This document shows, piece by piece, positions 13,973 to 26,010 of a DNA stretch of 64,000 nucleotides (the first letter of the stretch is position 1; each line of letters begins with the position of its first letter). The notes under the pieces are model-generated. The model saw nothing but the letters and a program-made list of their open reading frames with translations, ran no database searches and was not told where the DNA came from. Made by a program: the position numbers and the translations under genes. This DNA is from Camelus dromedarius. Lineage: Eukaryota. Location of the stretch: positions 19,408,001 to 19,472,000 of the forward strand of contig NC_087436.1 of assembly GCF_036321535.1 (NCBI RefSeq), given 5' to 3'.

Positions 13973-14659
13973 TTAATATCTATCTACATGTTTAGCATAT
14001 GCTCTCATGTGTTAAAGAAAATGTGTAATTGTGTAGCAAATTTGTATTTAATGATTTTGGGGACATATGCAGGTATAATAGTGTCATTTGAAATGATTCT
14101 CTTAATTTTATTTTGTAGAGTTGTTATATAGCTTAGGAAGAAATTTTCTTCTCTGTTACTTACATCCTTCTCATCTTAAATGCTTTTCCCATAAAACTAC
14201 TGGTTACCCAAAGGTTTTTATCATGGATTGAAACTTACTGCATCCCTTTAACTCACCTCTTGCACTTTGGAGAGAATTGCCTTATTACTTTGTGTTAAAT
14301 TGAAAAACAATTTCTGTTTTTGTAACTTAGGTTGTTTTTGTTACAGTGAGCCAACTAGAATTTGTAATAATTTTTAGCAGCAGAGGGAACTCTGCGTATG
14401 TGCATAACAATGCGTATATGCTGGAATGCTGGCCTATCCTTTAGGTATTAAAATGAGACTGTTTAAGGGGAGAGCTGACTGACAGTCTTATTTTGTGGCT
14501 TTAAAATTTTAAACTACTTTCATTTAAATATTGGAAACATGGTTAGGTTCTTTTTTGTGATTGTTATTTATTCATTCCAGTGTTTTAAATGCAATTTTTC
14601 AAAACTGCTGGATTGTAGAGTGTGCTCTTGCCATGGTCTGATGGATGGTAATGGTGGTA

Positions 14660-14664
14660 GTGTG

Positions 14665-14700
<36 letters not shown>
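14660..14700. repeat. (TG)n microsatellite
   Basis: Direct reading; one CG interruption. Confidence 0.95.
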
Positions 14701-14702
<2 letters not shown>

Positions 14703-16383
14703 TGCGCACGTGCACAGTTATAGTTCCTTATTTGAATAACAGAAAACGTAATGACTTGGTGAACCCTAATTTCATTGCCAGAGGTAAGAAAGAAGATACA
14801 TCAAAATGTTTTCTTTTGTATTCAAACATGGGAGACTTAGGATAAACACATAGTCTTTGTTTAAAATTATATACATTTGTTAGGTTTAAATTTCTGTTCC
14901 AAATGTAAAGTTCTGTGGTTAAAAAAAATACAGTTTTTTTCCTAAAGCCTTACATTGGTTTTAAATCTCATGGGATTTGTTGAGAAGAATCACTGGATTT
15001 AAATTTAAGTGACTTCTGCCTGATAGTAACTACTACAGGGATTCCTTTTTATAAAAGAAGTTTGTTTTTTAAAAAATGGTAAATGATTTCTCTAAATTTG
15101 GAGAGAAATTTACGTGGTTTTCATATTATTGTCATAGAGGTATTTCATTTGTCACTTATGCTGTTGTTTCATGAAAAAGCAAGAAAGGTAGAGTTTGGGA
15201 AGAGATGCATTATCTACGTTTACCTCAGTATTTCTTTTTTTCAAGCTGAGATAGGGAAGGATTCAGCTAAAAGCCATTCCTCAAAATGCAAAGTAAATAT
15301 GAGGTCTTAATACCCAAGTAAAGTTGCAAGGTTATATAACTTTGTAAAATTTTAAACCAAGTAGAAGAGAGAGAAATAGAATTAAAGTCTTCTACCCTCA
15401 AATATCTGAAGGAAAAATGAAAATGAAAAGAAAAACGTTAAGAATTATAATAGGCGAAAGTCAAAGCAAGTAAGGAAGGGGTTTCTAGGCATATCTGAGA
15501 GTAGGATTTTATGCTAAACACTATGTTCTCTGTGTTTAAGGGGAAGCCTGATAATTTGAACCATGAAAATAAGACGCCTTCAGCACTAACTGATCATAGG
15601 CATGTTATTTATGTTGGTTTGTTTACTTTGCTTTTGTTTTTGTTTCTTAAAGTGCATTCCGTAGATCACCCCACATCTGCATTACCTAGGGTGATGGGGG
15701 AAAAACCCTTATCTCCACCTTAGACCTATCGAATTAGAATTAATGGATGGTCCTCAGGGTTCTCCTTCTTTTTAAAGTTACGAAATATCTTATCTACAAA
15801 ATGTGTATAAAACACAGTCATGTAAACATGACTGTGTCCACCAACCAACTTTAGAAATAGAATGTGATAGTCAACAGCAGTTAAGTACCCACTTTATGTA
15901 GACACTGTCTTCTGCCATTGGGAAAAAAAGGAGAGTAAGATCTGGGGCCAGCCTTCAAGAAGCCGACATGGAGTGTGATGCTACACTATTTGAAACCTCT
16001 TTTCATGTTATAAACTTCACAGAGATAGGCAAAACAGAGTAGAATGGCTTTATGTTGGCCCGAATCAGTAAAATCATTGTTTTTCTTTTTTAATGTAGAA
16101 AACCCCAAAATGTTCCCCAAGTGAGTTCAGCCCCATTCAGCTGGGTGGGACAGTCAGAAATTCTGTGTGGGGGTCTGTACTGTGTTTGTTTAGACCGTCC
16201 TCTTGTCTAGTTTAGAGATAGACAGTGTGCTTCTTTTCCTGTAAACATTTAGCTGCAATTTTTACTATACTTTAGTTAACAGTTTGAAGAATTTTAAAAC
16301 CCTCTGATAGTCAAGCAGAATTCCAAAAACATCTTAAAGAAAAGTTTTGATTTCAGGGATAGTAGAAAGGTGACAGGTTAAAA

Positions 16384-16408
16384 GTGTGTGTGTGTGTGTG
16401 TGTGTGTG
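16384..16408. repeat. (TG)n microsatellite
   Basis: Direct reading. Confidence 0.95.
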
Positions 16409-17309
16409 CTTAATTTCATCAATGAGGTTATTGCCCACATCTCTTCAAAGAAGATTTAATAACGTCTCCTGAGCGAAGAAAATTATTACCTGTGGCGAAC
16501 TCTTTAAGTCATCACCGAAGGTCACGGCAATCTGGGTATTTAAAAAAGGTTTTCTGTCTGCTTGGCCAGCAAATGAAGCGCTCATTACGGACTTTAAAAT
16601 TATAGCCATGAGAAGATTTTTGCTAGAGGTGAAAGATCAAGATCATCACAGTCCAAATGCAGACAGAAAGCTCAGCTTCTGGCTGATCAGCAAGGCATGA
16701 AACATTTCAGGGTGATTTTGCATTACCGGTGGGGAGCTGATCTTGCTAATCCAATGCATGAAGATAAGATTCACTGAAACATTTATAAAGGCCTTTAGAG
16801 GAGATCTGATAAGCAGAGCGAGGACTTGAAGGGCCAAGGAAATCTGACCTGTCACTCACTGTCTCAGCGGCAGCAGTCACTTGGCTTTTCTGGGCCTCGC
16901 CTTTCTCTTCTGTTCAATGGGGCTGGTGACTGCGTGTGCCTGAGGTGGGAGTTTAATGGCCTCCAGGAGCAATCTTGTACTGCCTGAAAAAGGCTGTCGG
17001 CCTTGAGCCCTCCTGCAAGCTGGCCTGTGTGCGCTTCCTACCCTCCGGCCTCCTGTGCTCTCTGGGAAAGCGTCATCGTCTTTCCTCTTTTGACAGATGA
17101 GAGCGCAGAAGTAACAGCAGCAAGAAATTCCATGTCTCTGCTCGTCTTCCATTTCTGCCTTTTAATTTTCTGGGCGAGGTTAGCATTCTTAGGAGCCCTA
17201 GAAAGAGTGGGCTGTGTTTGTATGGAGCTGCTATAAAACTTGCTTGAAGTATACCTAGGTTTCCCAAGATTTTTGTGTATAGCCTAGAATTCTCTCATTT
17301 AACCCCTCA

Positions 17310-17560
17310 GTGCCTCTCAAGTTGTCTTCCATTTGTACCACTCTAACCAAATGGGGCCTCTCAACGGTTGGCAGTGACTGCTGTTCACCAGATCCAGGGG
17401 CCAGTTCTCAGTTCTCGTCCTCCAGGACCTAACAGCAGCCTGTGACACCATGCCTGCCTGCCCCCAACTTCCTCTTGTTTCCCTGACTCTCTTCTCTCTT
17501 AATTCTCCTCCTCTATCTCTCATCACTGGTTTTCTTCTAATCTGGCTCCTTCCTCATCTG
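17310..17560 (+). mobile_element. L2 fragment
   Basis: ccagatccaggggccagttctcagttctcgtcctccaggacctaacagcagcctgtgacac, an L2 ORF2-region motif. Confidence 0.65.
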
Positions 17561-17819
17561 AATGGGCGTGTCTTCCAGGGACCTGATCTCGAAACACCTT
17601 GTCAGGAATTGTCAGATTCCTGTTTCTGAGACCTTCTTTCTATAGCTGAAGTCATTTGATCCCCACCTTTGGGTACACCTCTGCTTCAGACATAAGGGCC
17701 AGTCCTGATCTTGGGGGAGAAGCATCTCAACAACATTAGCTTAACATGCTGAGGTGAGCATCACCACCTGTGCTGCTGGGCCACCTGACCTTTTAGCAAA
17801 GGAAACACTTGCCAGGGAA

Positions 17820-18005
17820 TCAAGAAGGATATTCGATTCCTACCTCTACCATTATTCATCTAGTGGTCTCAGTGGTCACCAGGCAAGCCCTGGACCTCTC
17901 TGAGCCTTGGTTTTCTCATCTGAGGAGCAATAGTACTTGTATCCTTATTTCATAGGATTGCTTCCAAAGAGCTCACGAAATCGTACACAGAAGTGCTTAT
18001 AAATT
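17820..18005 (+). mobile_element. MIR SINE
   Basis: ggcaagccctggacctctctgagccttggttttctcatctg...aatagtact...cataggattg. Confidence 0.75.
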
Positions 18006-18259
18006 GTCAGGGAACCGATCAAGCAAGCTCCAGCATTATCCTCATAGTAGAGGTTTGTCACTGATGATATCATCTAGTTTTCTGAGTCATTATCATTGCC
18101 TTCTCAAAATTTGATTTAAGTTCACTCATTTACTCACTTCATTCACTACTCATTCAAAAAAATGTGTTGAGTCCTTGCTACAGCTTCCTGTATATAGTAC
18201 CTTCACAGAATTTTCAGTTGAGTAAGTGATGTAAAACATAAACAAGCAAATTGAAATAT

Positions 18260-18315
18260 AAGATGGTTGGTGTTTAAATAAATTTACAAGATGGCAGGTG
18301 TTTAAATAAATTTAC
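18260..18315. repeat. 28-bp tandem duplication
   Basis: aagatggttggtgtttaaataaatttac / aagatggcaggtgtttaaataaatttac (2 mismatches). Confidence 0.9.
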
Positions 18316-20950
18316 CAAACTAGGTAATTCCAATTTATAAGTTTGTATTACAGGCCCTCTACATTTTTACATAAATATTTCTTACCATAACATGGAACAT
18401 TCATGCCAGATATCCAACATTACCCCTTTTGGGAACTAAAGGCACAGGAAGCCAAATTGTTTATAGAAAGATTGCTTTGGGAATTTAGAACTAGATAAAG
18501 AGGATTGTACAGATCTGTGGGATGTTTCCTCTAAACTATGAAGCTTGGAAAACCATCCTGGTTCCATCCCAGCTAACAAGCAAACAAACACACACACCGC
18601 AGAAACAATCAGGTACCCTGTGTTCTTTAACCAGCTCTTCATAAACATTGGATATTTGTTATCTGATTTTTTTTTCAATATCAGATTGCTTGCGTATATA
18701 ATGACTAACAAAATATTTTTCAGTGATTTGATTTATTTTGATTAGTTACATTTTAATGATCAAATGATCAAAATGATCAGGTACTAAGGGGGTACCCTGA
18801 ACCCATTAGTGATTTTGAGGAAACATCAGTCTAAACAATAACCCACTCCAAACTTTTTCTTAGCTATTCTTATTTGATTAATATTCATATTTGTTGTTTC
18901 TTACAGAGAATTTGACTATTTTTACCTTTATTTCCAAATTCTAGGCAAGTACCTTTTTTAGGTTCTTTGGCTTTATCTGTGCACTGGCTACATGCCAGTT
19001 ACATATATATTTGTATATATTTATGAAGTTGTTACTACTGAAAGTAGGAGACATTCTCTATGATTTGTTAGACCATGGAGTTAGGGAAATATCAATAAAT
19101 TAAATCTGTTTCTTCTCTTGGCCCCATCCCTAACTAGCCCTCTGATTTTGGGTATTGTCTTTTTCAATTTTTTAATCAATTTTTTGTAGGGAGGATCATT
19201 TTAGATGAAAATATTTTGGGAAAGAAACATATAGGGACCTATATAAATAAAAGGAGGTAATCTGTCATTTTAAGCTGTTTGCTTCTTGGTGAAGTATCAC
19301 CTACTTTATTGCATTAATTGTAGCTTTCTCAATTTATCCTCCCTATGAGATTATCTGCTTCATGGAAGAGGATGACATTATCCATGTAGCTTTCATGTGA
19401 AGGTGTTCAGCATCTATCAATCTGAAGGAATCAAGCGTAATCTTTACTGCATTGCCACAGACTTTGGAAACGCCTCTTTTAAACTGTACTTGCTTTATGA
19501 AGACATCAGACTGTGTCTTGTGAGTATCTAATGAGAACATCTTGCTTAGTGCAGTAATATTTTTCAAGCAGATTATTCATGACCAGGAACACTTGGACCC
19601 AAACTAATGGTCTGAATAAATTGAGTAGGACTGAGCAGCATTCTAATCAAGGGCCAAGATCTTAGACTCGCAGGGCCCTCTCAGTGAGTGATTTCCATTT
19701 TTTTTTTTAATACACAATCCACAGATAGAAACTGAAAAGTTTCCAGAGAATAGTTGCTGTATGTGTAAGTCACAAAGGTTAACTTTCCTCTCTTGACCTC
19801 TCCCTTTCTCTCTCCTCCTCTGCCTTTCTTCTTTCCTTCCCTTTCTTTAATTTAAGCTAAAGGCCAATCAGTATTCACTAAATTGATTTTGTGAACTAGA
19901 GTTTGAACAACACTACCCTAAGCTGCAGTGGAAACCTGCCATCCATGTTTCCTCTTGAGGCAGCTCCTCTGATCCTCTGGACAAACTTCCCAGCCTTTGG
20001 TCTTTTCTCAAGGGGATTCCTGGCCTCCTGTTACTTGCAGACAATTCCTTTGGTGTTAGACCTCAGACCACGTCGAGAACTATGTGCTCCTGGTAAAGTC
20101 TTCTGCTGCTTGTGGTCAGCTCAGTTGGCCAGTCTGCTCCTAAATAGAGATTTCCTCATCTCTCAGTATCTCCCAGTTAAAGTCCTGCCCATCAGTCAAG
20201 GCCTGGCTTAAATATGGTTCCCCTCACAAGAAGCCTTGTGTACTCACCAAATATCAAATATTTGTGCATGCATTTGACTCATCAGTTTCTGAATTTTCTT
20301 TGTAGGAACTGCTTTTTTTGGTATCTCTTTAATGCAGTTCAAAAGTAGTCCTAATAAAAAAGGCAGAGGATCAGGGAAGCTGGAGAATGACTCTAGTTTG
20401 CTCTTAGTCATATTGTGGTCCCAATAGAGTTGTTCAGAACAAGGATGAGGTCACTTACGTTGTAATCATTTCCGTTAAGTATCTGTTCTCAATCTCACCT
20501 TCAAGGATCTTTTCATATATTCTGTTCCAGAATAAAGTGGGATAGAATTGAACAATGTTCTATATAGATTAGACATATTTTCTCATGGATGCAAGTATAT
20601 TCTAGGTCCCGTTAAGAACGCTCATTATGGGAAGTTTTTAGAGTTTATGCTCCATGGTATTTCTCATGAAATGGTCCTTTAGATCCAGACTCTAAGACAG
20701 TGTTGTTACTAATTAGTTACATTAAGTTCACACTGTTTGAGAATGGTTTACTTTCTCAAAGAGACAGATCATGATAATTTAATTCTGAAAAACAGTCTAA
20801 GACATCAACTATATGTGGTAAGGCATGTGTATATATTTATACATATTAACCTTTTTTTAAGTGCATAATTTGTTAGGCTATGGAAAATGCTTTTCAACTT
20901 CTGTGGCCCTCCTTAACAAGGACAGCTGCAACTGATATGCCTTAATTCTT

Positions 20951-21197
20951 TTTTTTTTTTAAATTGAAGCATAATCGGTTTACAAGGTGTTAATTTCTGG
21001 TGTACAGTATAGTGATTCAATTATACATATATCGATTCCTTTTCATAGTCTTTTTCATTATAGGCTATTACAAGATATTAACTGTAGTTCCCTGTGCTAT
21101 ACAATAGGACCTTGTTGTTTACCTACTTTATATCTAGTAGTTAGTATCTGCAAATCTGGAACTCCCAATTTCTCCCTCCACCCTCCCCTTCACCCCT
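20951..21197 (-). mobile_element. Short 5'-truncated L1 3' end with TSD
   Basis: Poly(T), then aattgaagcataatcggtttaca...tctggtgtacagtatagtgattca...gttccctgtgctatacaatagg. TSD cttaattctt at 20941-20950 and 21198-21207. Confidence 0.88.
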
Positions 21198-22034
21198 CTT
21201 AATTCTTGTTTGAGTTTACGTTAAGTCCTTGTCCAAATAAGCCATTGCAAACCCTGCATTTGTGCCGTGGAGTTGTTGGCATGCCTTTATTCTTTTTATC
21301 CCTCCAACATTTGATGCTTCTTCCCCAGTTGTTTTAATTACCAACTATTCTGCTGTGTGTTTGCACATTTGCTGTTCAAGGTGGGCTACAGAGTCACATT
21401 TTCGTATGAAAAACGGGAACTGGCATTAAAGTTAAAACAGGATCTGCCATGCTCGAGTGGTTCATAAAGAGAGACATGAATTCTGCTCGTTTGATTTCGT
21501 TATCTTTTGGTAGCCAACCAAAAATAGAATTTTTGTTGGAGAAATTATGTAGCTCGCCTTAAAACATTTTTAGTTTCAAGTTGTGTGTGAAATTCTTCTG
21601 AGTGTAAAAAAACAGAGCCCACTGTAGGGAACGGTTTGCCCATGGTTGATGAAGTTTTACAACTTCAGGCCCAATTCTTTGTACATTGATTGTCAATAGA
21701 GAAAGAGGAAAGAAGTTAATTGAGTTAGAAGCTTGTTTGCTTAATTAAAGGAGCCTTTAACTGGTTGGAAGAAGCCGAATGTCGGGTTTTAGACTGCCTC
21801 TTAGGGATGTGAAGGACAGCTAGTGTTTTTCTACATGTTCCTAACTACTGACCTGGAAGGAAAAAAGGGCACAGCAGGACAATGGATTGACCCAGGACCG
21901 CAACAACGCACAATTCCGGGAAGCACTCTTAACTTTCGTGGGCAATTCCTCCGCCCTAAGTGGATTTGGCTGGCTGCTGACCCGCACAGCAAGAGATGCC
22001 TGTAATCACAACATGGTCTTGCCATCAAAATCAC

Positions 22035-22260
22035 AATAGTCAGTGCTTTTATAGCTCATCATATGTGTCCATCCTTGTTCTCAGTGCTTTATATGTATGT
22101 ACTAACTCAATCCTTTTAACCACCTTTTGAGATAGGTACCATTATTATCTTCATTTCATAGATGAGAAAACTGATACAAAAAGATGAAGAAACTTGTCCA
22201 GAGTTCTGTAGTGCAAAAGAGGAAGAGCTGGGATGTAAACCCAGGCAACTCTGCCTTCAG
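22035..22260 (-). mobile_element. MIR SINE
   Basis: gagataggtaccattattatcttcatttcatagatgagaaaactga...gagctgggatgtaaacccaggca. Confidence 0.85.
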
Positions 22261-23016
22261 TGTTGTGTTCCTCCCCTTTCCTCTAATACCAGTCTCTCGG
22301 TTATCGCTGGACGTAGGCCCAGTGGTACTAAAAACTGTCCACCTGCAGATGGCTTAGTTAGTGCTCGAACTATCTAGGTAAGAAGAATAAAGGTTGACCT
22401 ACGAGTCAACCAAAAACCCAATAGTGAGCTAAAAAATAGTTAGGCAAAAAAGCCAAGAAGTTGTGTAGGTATTGATTTTTCCACTTGGCTGCAAGCCTCC
22501 CTCGGGGAAGCTTTTCCATGTCTCTTCCAGGGCTTCGTAGTACTTACCCCCTCACGGCATGTGTAGCACAGGGAATGGTATATGCGTGTGTCTTACTGTC
22601 ATCATCAGAGGACATGCAGTGTGTATTTCTTATTCACAGTTGTGTCCTCTGTCTGGTACAGCACTTGGCATGTATTGGGGGCACAGTCAGTATATATGAA
22701 TAGATTACTATTTTTGCAGGAAATTTGTTTAAATCTAGCCCTATTGGTGTCTTGATTTAAACATGTCTTATAAACACAGTAACTCATATCTAGGCTTACT
22801 TTGTCCTATGCTAAATAAATTTTTATAGAAAAATCATAAATTTGTATGGAAAAGTCAAGAGACGTAATTGACTGTCTCTTGTAATATTTTTACTTTTCTC
22901 AATTATTCACACCTTCTTTCTGCTCTGTCTGAGTATCAACAGTCACAGCCGCTTATCTGGTGGCAACCTCTGAAATAGCTGGCATAGTGCCTAGACGGAA
23001 AGAAAAGACTTCTGGT

Positions 23017-23094
23017 GCTTGGAAGGAAATAAAAGACTTGTATATGGTTGATCTGGCCTGGAAGGAAATAAAAAACTTCTATAGGGTTGATCTT
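23017..23094. repeat. 39-bp tandem duplication with an upstream partial third unit
   Basis: gcttggaaggaaataaaagacttgtatatggttgatctg / gcctggaaggaaataaaaaacttctatagggttgatctt. Confidence 0.85.
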
Positions 23095-23360
23095 GCAGTT
23101 TCAAACCTATTAAGTGATGAAAAACATACCACAGACATTTTAGTAGCTGAATGGGGCCTTTTAGTCTATTTTCTTTCCTTTTAAATTTTAGATGATCTTA
23201 AACAAATTAGCCTAGTAATATCTCATGTGGGAAAAGTGATTTTTACATTAGAAAACATTAGTAGATATTTTTTAAAAAAATATATTTTTTGCATGAATGA
23301 TGAGGTAAAATTTCTTTTCCTTATATAAACTGGGGACTTCTGTATGGAAGCTTCAGTATA

Positions 23361-23597
23361 CGGTTGACCCTTGAACAATGTAGGGGATAGGAGTTGCCGA
23401 CCCTCCTCGCAGTTGGAATCTGTGTATAATTTATAGTCGGACCCCTTATCCTTGGTTCCTCCGTATCCATGGATTCAACTCCATGTATGCATCCAGATTC
23501 AACCAACTGCTGATTGTCTAGTACTGTAATATTTACTATTGAAAAAAAGATAAGTGGACATGTGCAGTTCAAACCCTTGTTGTTCCGGGGCCAACTG
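23361..23597. mobile_element. Tigger2-family MITE (MER8-like, TcMar-Tigger), 237 bp
   Basis: TIRs cggttgacccttgaacaa... / ...ttgttccggggccaactg, each flanked by a TA target duplication. Confidence 0.88.
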
Positions 23598-24339
23598 TAT
23601 ATAGATTCAAAATATATGAGACTACTTCTTTAGATCATCTCCTATTGTGGTAAGTACCTATTTTTCATATCTTATGAAATGCTTTTACCTGTATTTTCTT
23701 TTTCTAACATCCCAACAATTAGAAGAAGTAGATAGGACTGGTATTATGTTGTCCTGATTTTTGTAGTTGGTCAGATTAGGATTTAGAGGTGAGTTGACTG
23801 AAGTCCCACAGCTGGGAATATGGACTCCTCCAGAACACTGTCTTCCTATTATGCAATATCTTAAGCAAAAGTAACCAAACCCCAGAAATCAATCACATAG
23901 GGAGGAACATCTTGATCTTGTGTTGGCTCCTCATTAAAGGTGGATGGCTTGAAATTTTTCTGAGAGGTGAATGTCAGTGTACTATTCAGTTAAAACAAAT
24001 TATTGGATACTTGGAATTTACAGAGCACTGGGCTGGTATTTTGAGGAGTGGGGACGTCGAGTACAAGGAGAATCCAACATGGTCTGCTTTCACAGAGGTT
24101 GGTAATGAAATGGGGAAAACTGTAGGAGCGTAAACCACAGCGGCCTGTGAATGAGTAAGTGGGTAAGAAAGGGAGGAGCTGGGGAGGTCCTTAGAGCTTG
24201 AGCCAGGGCCATGGGTCCTGGTTGGAAAGCTGGTTCTTAGAAGTGATAGGGTTTCAGATTCTCTCCTAGTGATTAGGGCATCTTTTGAAAAGCCTCCCCA
24301 GTGAGGTTAAGATAACAAACGAGTTGTCAGATCTGAGAG

Positions 24340-25260
24340 AATGGGTGGGTCTGATGGAAGGGGTGCTGCTCACAGATCCTGTCCCAGTGGCCTGGTCAAT
24401 GCAACATACTTACCTGCACGTGGGAACAGGAGTGCAGGTGGCCGAGGAAGCACGTGCATTGTGGCTGACAATCTGACTGCACATGTTGCTTCATTATCCA
24501 TGGTGGGTTGGTGACAGAATTACCGCTTTGGTGTGCTACAGAGATACAAAATCTGAATGGAATGACCAAACACTTGAGTGGTGTGGGTGTGTTAGTAGCA
24601 CAGGTAGACCAAGGCTTAACCAAGCTAGACTCTTTAATAGGTGCCTGTGCGGTCCTCTGGCACCTTTGTTGTTGGCATTGGTCCTCATGGTCATCTCGCC
24701 ATTGTGTGATCTCTTGGAAGCTCTGGACATAACTGTTTTTCAGCCCAGAGTGGAATATCCACTCAGGTCCCCAAATCCTGAACCTGGCCCTATAGTGACG
24801 AAAGTATGTACTTTGCTGGCATTGTATCTTCCTGAAGATGTCAGGGCTGGTGAGTCTGCTCCAGCAGTGATAGTCTCTGAGGGTCTTCCAGGACAGGGGA
24901 CTACCCTCCACACCAGCTCTGTGTACAGCAGGTGTGTGCAGGGTCCATGGGACTCCATGACTCCATCTGCCCTCAGCACCAAGATGTCAGGAAGCTTCCT
25001 TTAGGATGTGTGACCCTGTTTTGCTGTGACCACATGACCCATCCCAAAGCCTGCTGCTACTGTCATGCAGCTTTGGGCTTTTCTTCTTGGCAGCCATTTA
25101 CTCTTTCACGTGCTGCTTCCAAAGCCTTCTCAGAATGAATGGTTCAGCTTTATTTGGATGTTGCCGAAGTCAAGGAGATAGATGGCCAAGTGAGAGAAAC
25201 TGGGGCTATAACCAGCACTCTACAATGTCCAGTCCGAGTCAAATCATATAATCTTCTTAC
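24340..25260 (+). mobile_element. Putative heavily decayed hAT/Ac-superfamily (ZBED4-like) transposase fragment
   Basis: Ordered motifs across shifting frames: GVLLTD...WS.QHTYL (24360-24416), TLEWCGCVSSTG (24570-24605), HNCFS (24728-24742), ILNLAL (24775-24792), LVSLLQQ (24847-24867), LP/HQL (24901-24919), WDS (24948-24956), SQNEW (25128-25142), STMSSPSQII (25219-25248). Recognised by eye and needs several frameshifts. Confidence 0.45.
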
Positions 25261-25734
25261 ACTCCCTCCTCCATGATTCTGGACAAATAATTCTCCATTT
25301 GATCTGGGAGATAATTCTTACAGGAAACTGGTTTGGTTATTCTGATTTTTACTCTTTTGCTTCTTTTCCGACATTTTTCCCCCCAGTGCTGACAAGGGAG
25401 GGGGATGGGTGATGGAAAATCATTGACTTCAGTCCAGACCTAAAGTTACATTGTCTCTACACTGACTCAGTCCAAGCCAATTTACAATATTAACTCACTG
25501 GGAGAATCTGCCTGGTTCATTTATTTAGTAAGTACTCAGTTCATGCTTAAGGAAATAAACGAAATTCACTGGGCTGCAAGGAAATGAATTGAGTCCTCTT
25601 GTCTGTCTCTTTAATTGGATATTATTTTCCCAAATTGAAACCTAATTTCAAATTTCTGATTTTCATCATGGTGATGTATTGATAACTCCCATCCTTTTCT
25701 ATGAATTTATATTAATCAGACACGAGTCATAGTT

Positions 25735-25860
25735 TTTTTTTAATTACTTTTTTTGGGGGGTAATTAAGTTTATTTATTTATTTTTAGAGGAGGTACTGGG
25801 GATTGAACCTAGGACTTTGTGCATGCTAGTCATGTGCTCTACTGCTTGAGCTATTCCCTC
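25735..25860 (-). mobile_element. tRNA-Ala-derived camelid SINE (vic-1 type)
   Basis: Pol III A/B box head on the minus strand, A-rich tail, 18-bp TSD cagacac(g/c)agtcatagtt at 25717-25734 and 25861-25878. Confidence 0.88.
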
Positions 25861-25922
25861 CAGACACCAGTCATAGTTAAATTTGTTTTTTCTTTTTTTT
25901 CCCCAACTTGTTTATTGTCTCA

Positions 25923-26010
25923 TAACATTTGATTTCATATATTATGTGAATGTATTACAAATATTATAGTGTAACATGTGATTTCATATGTTATGTGAAT
26001 GTACTACAAA
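25923..26010. repeat. 39-bp direct repeat, period 49 bp
   Basis: taacatttgatttcatatattatgtgaatgtattacaaa / taacatgtgatttcatatgttatgtgaatgtactacaaa. Confidence 0.88.

Noticed and set aside
13460..14131. Cluster of overlapping 69-133 aa ORFs
   Set aside because: No recognisable homology, partly (TA)n translation, and no splice-phase fit with SLC10A7.
24406..24416. ATACTTACCTG as a U1 snRNA gene or pseudogene
   Set aside because: Only the first 11 nt match and the following sequence is not U1. Treated instead as a minus-strand donor.
24755..24800. Minus-strand TIGPGSGFGDL resembling a cyclic-nucleotide-binding motif
   Set aside because: Isolated short similarity with no surrounding domain context.
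18260..26010. Two-copy direct repeats of 28-39 bp (18260, 23017, 25923) as CRISPR-like arrays
   Set aside because: Eukaryotic context, only two unrelated units each, no spacer series and no cas genes. These are ordinary local duplications.
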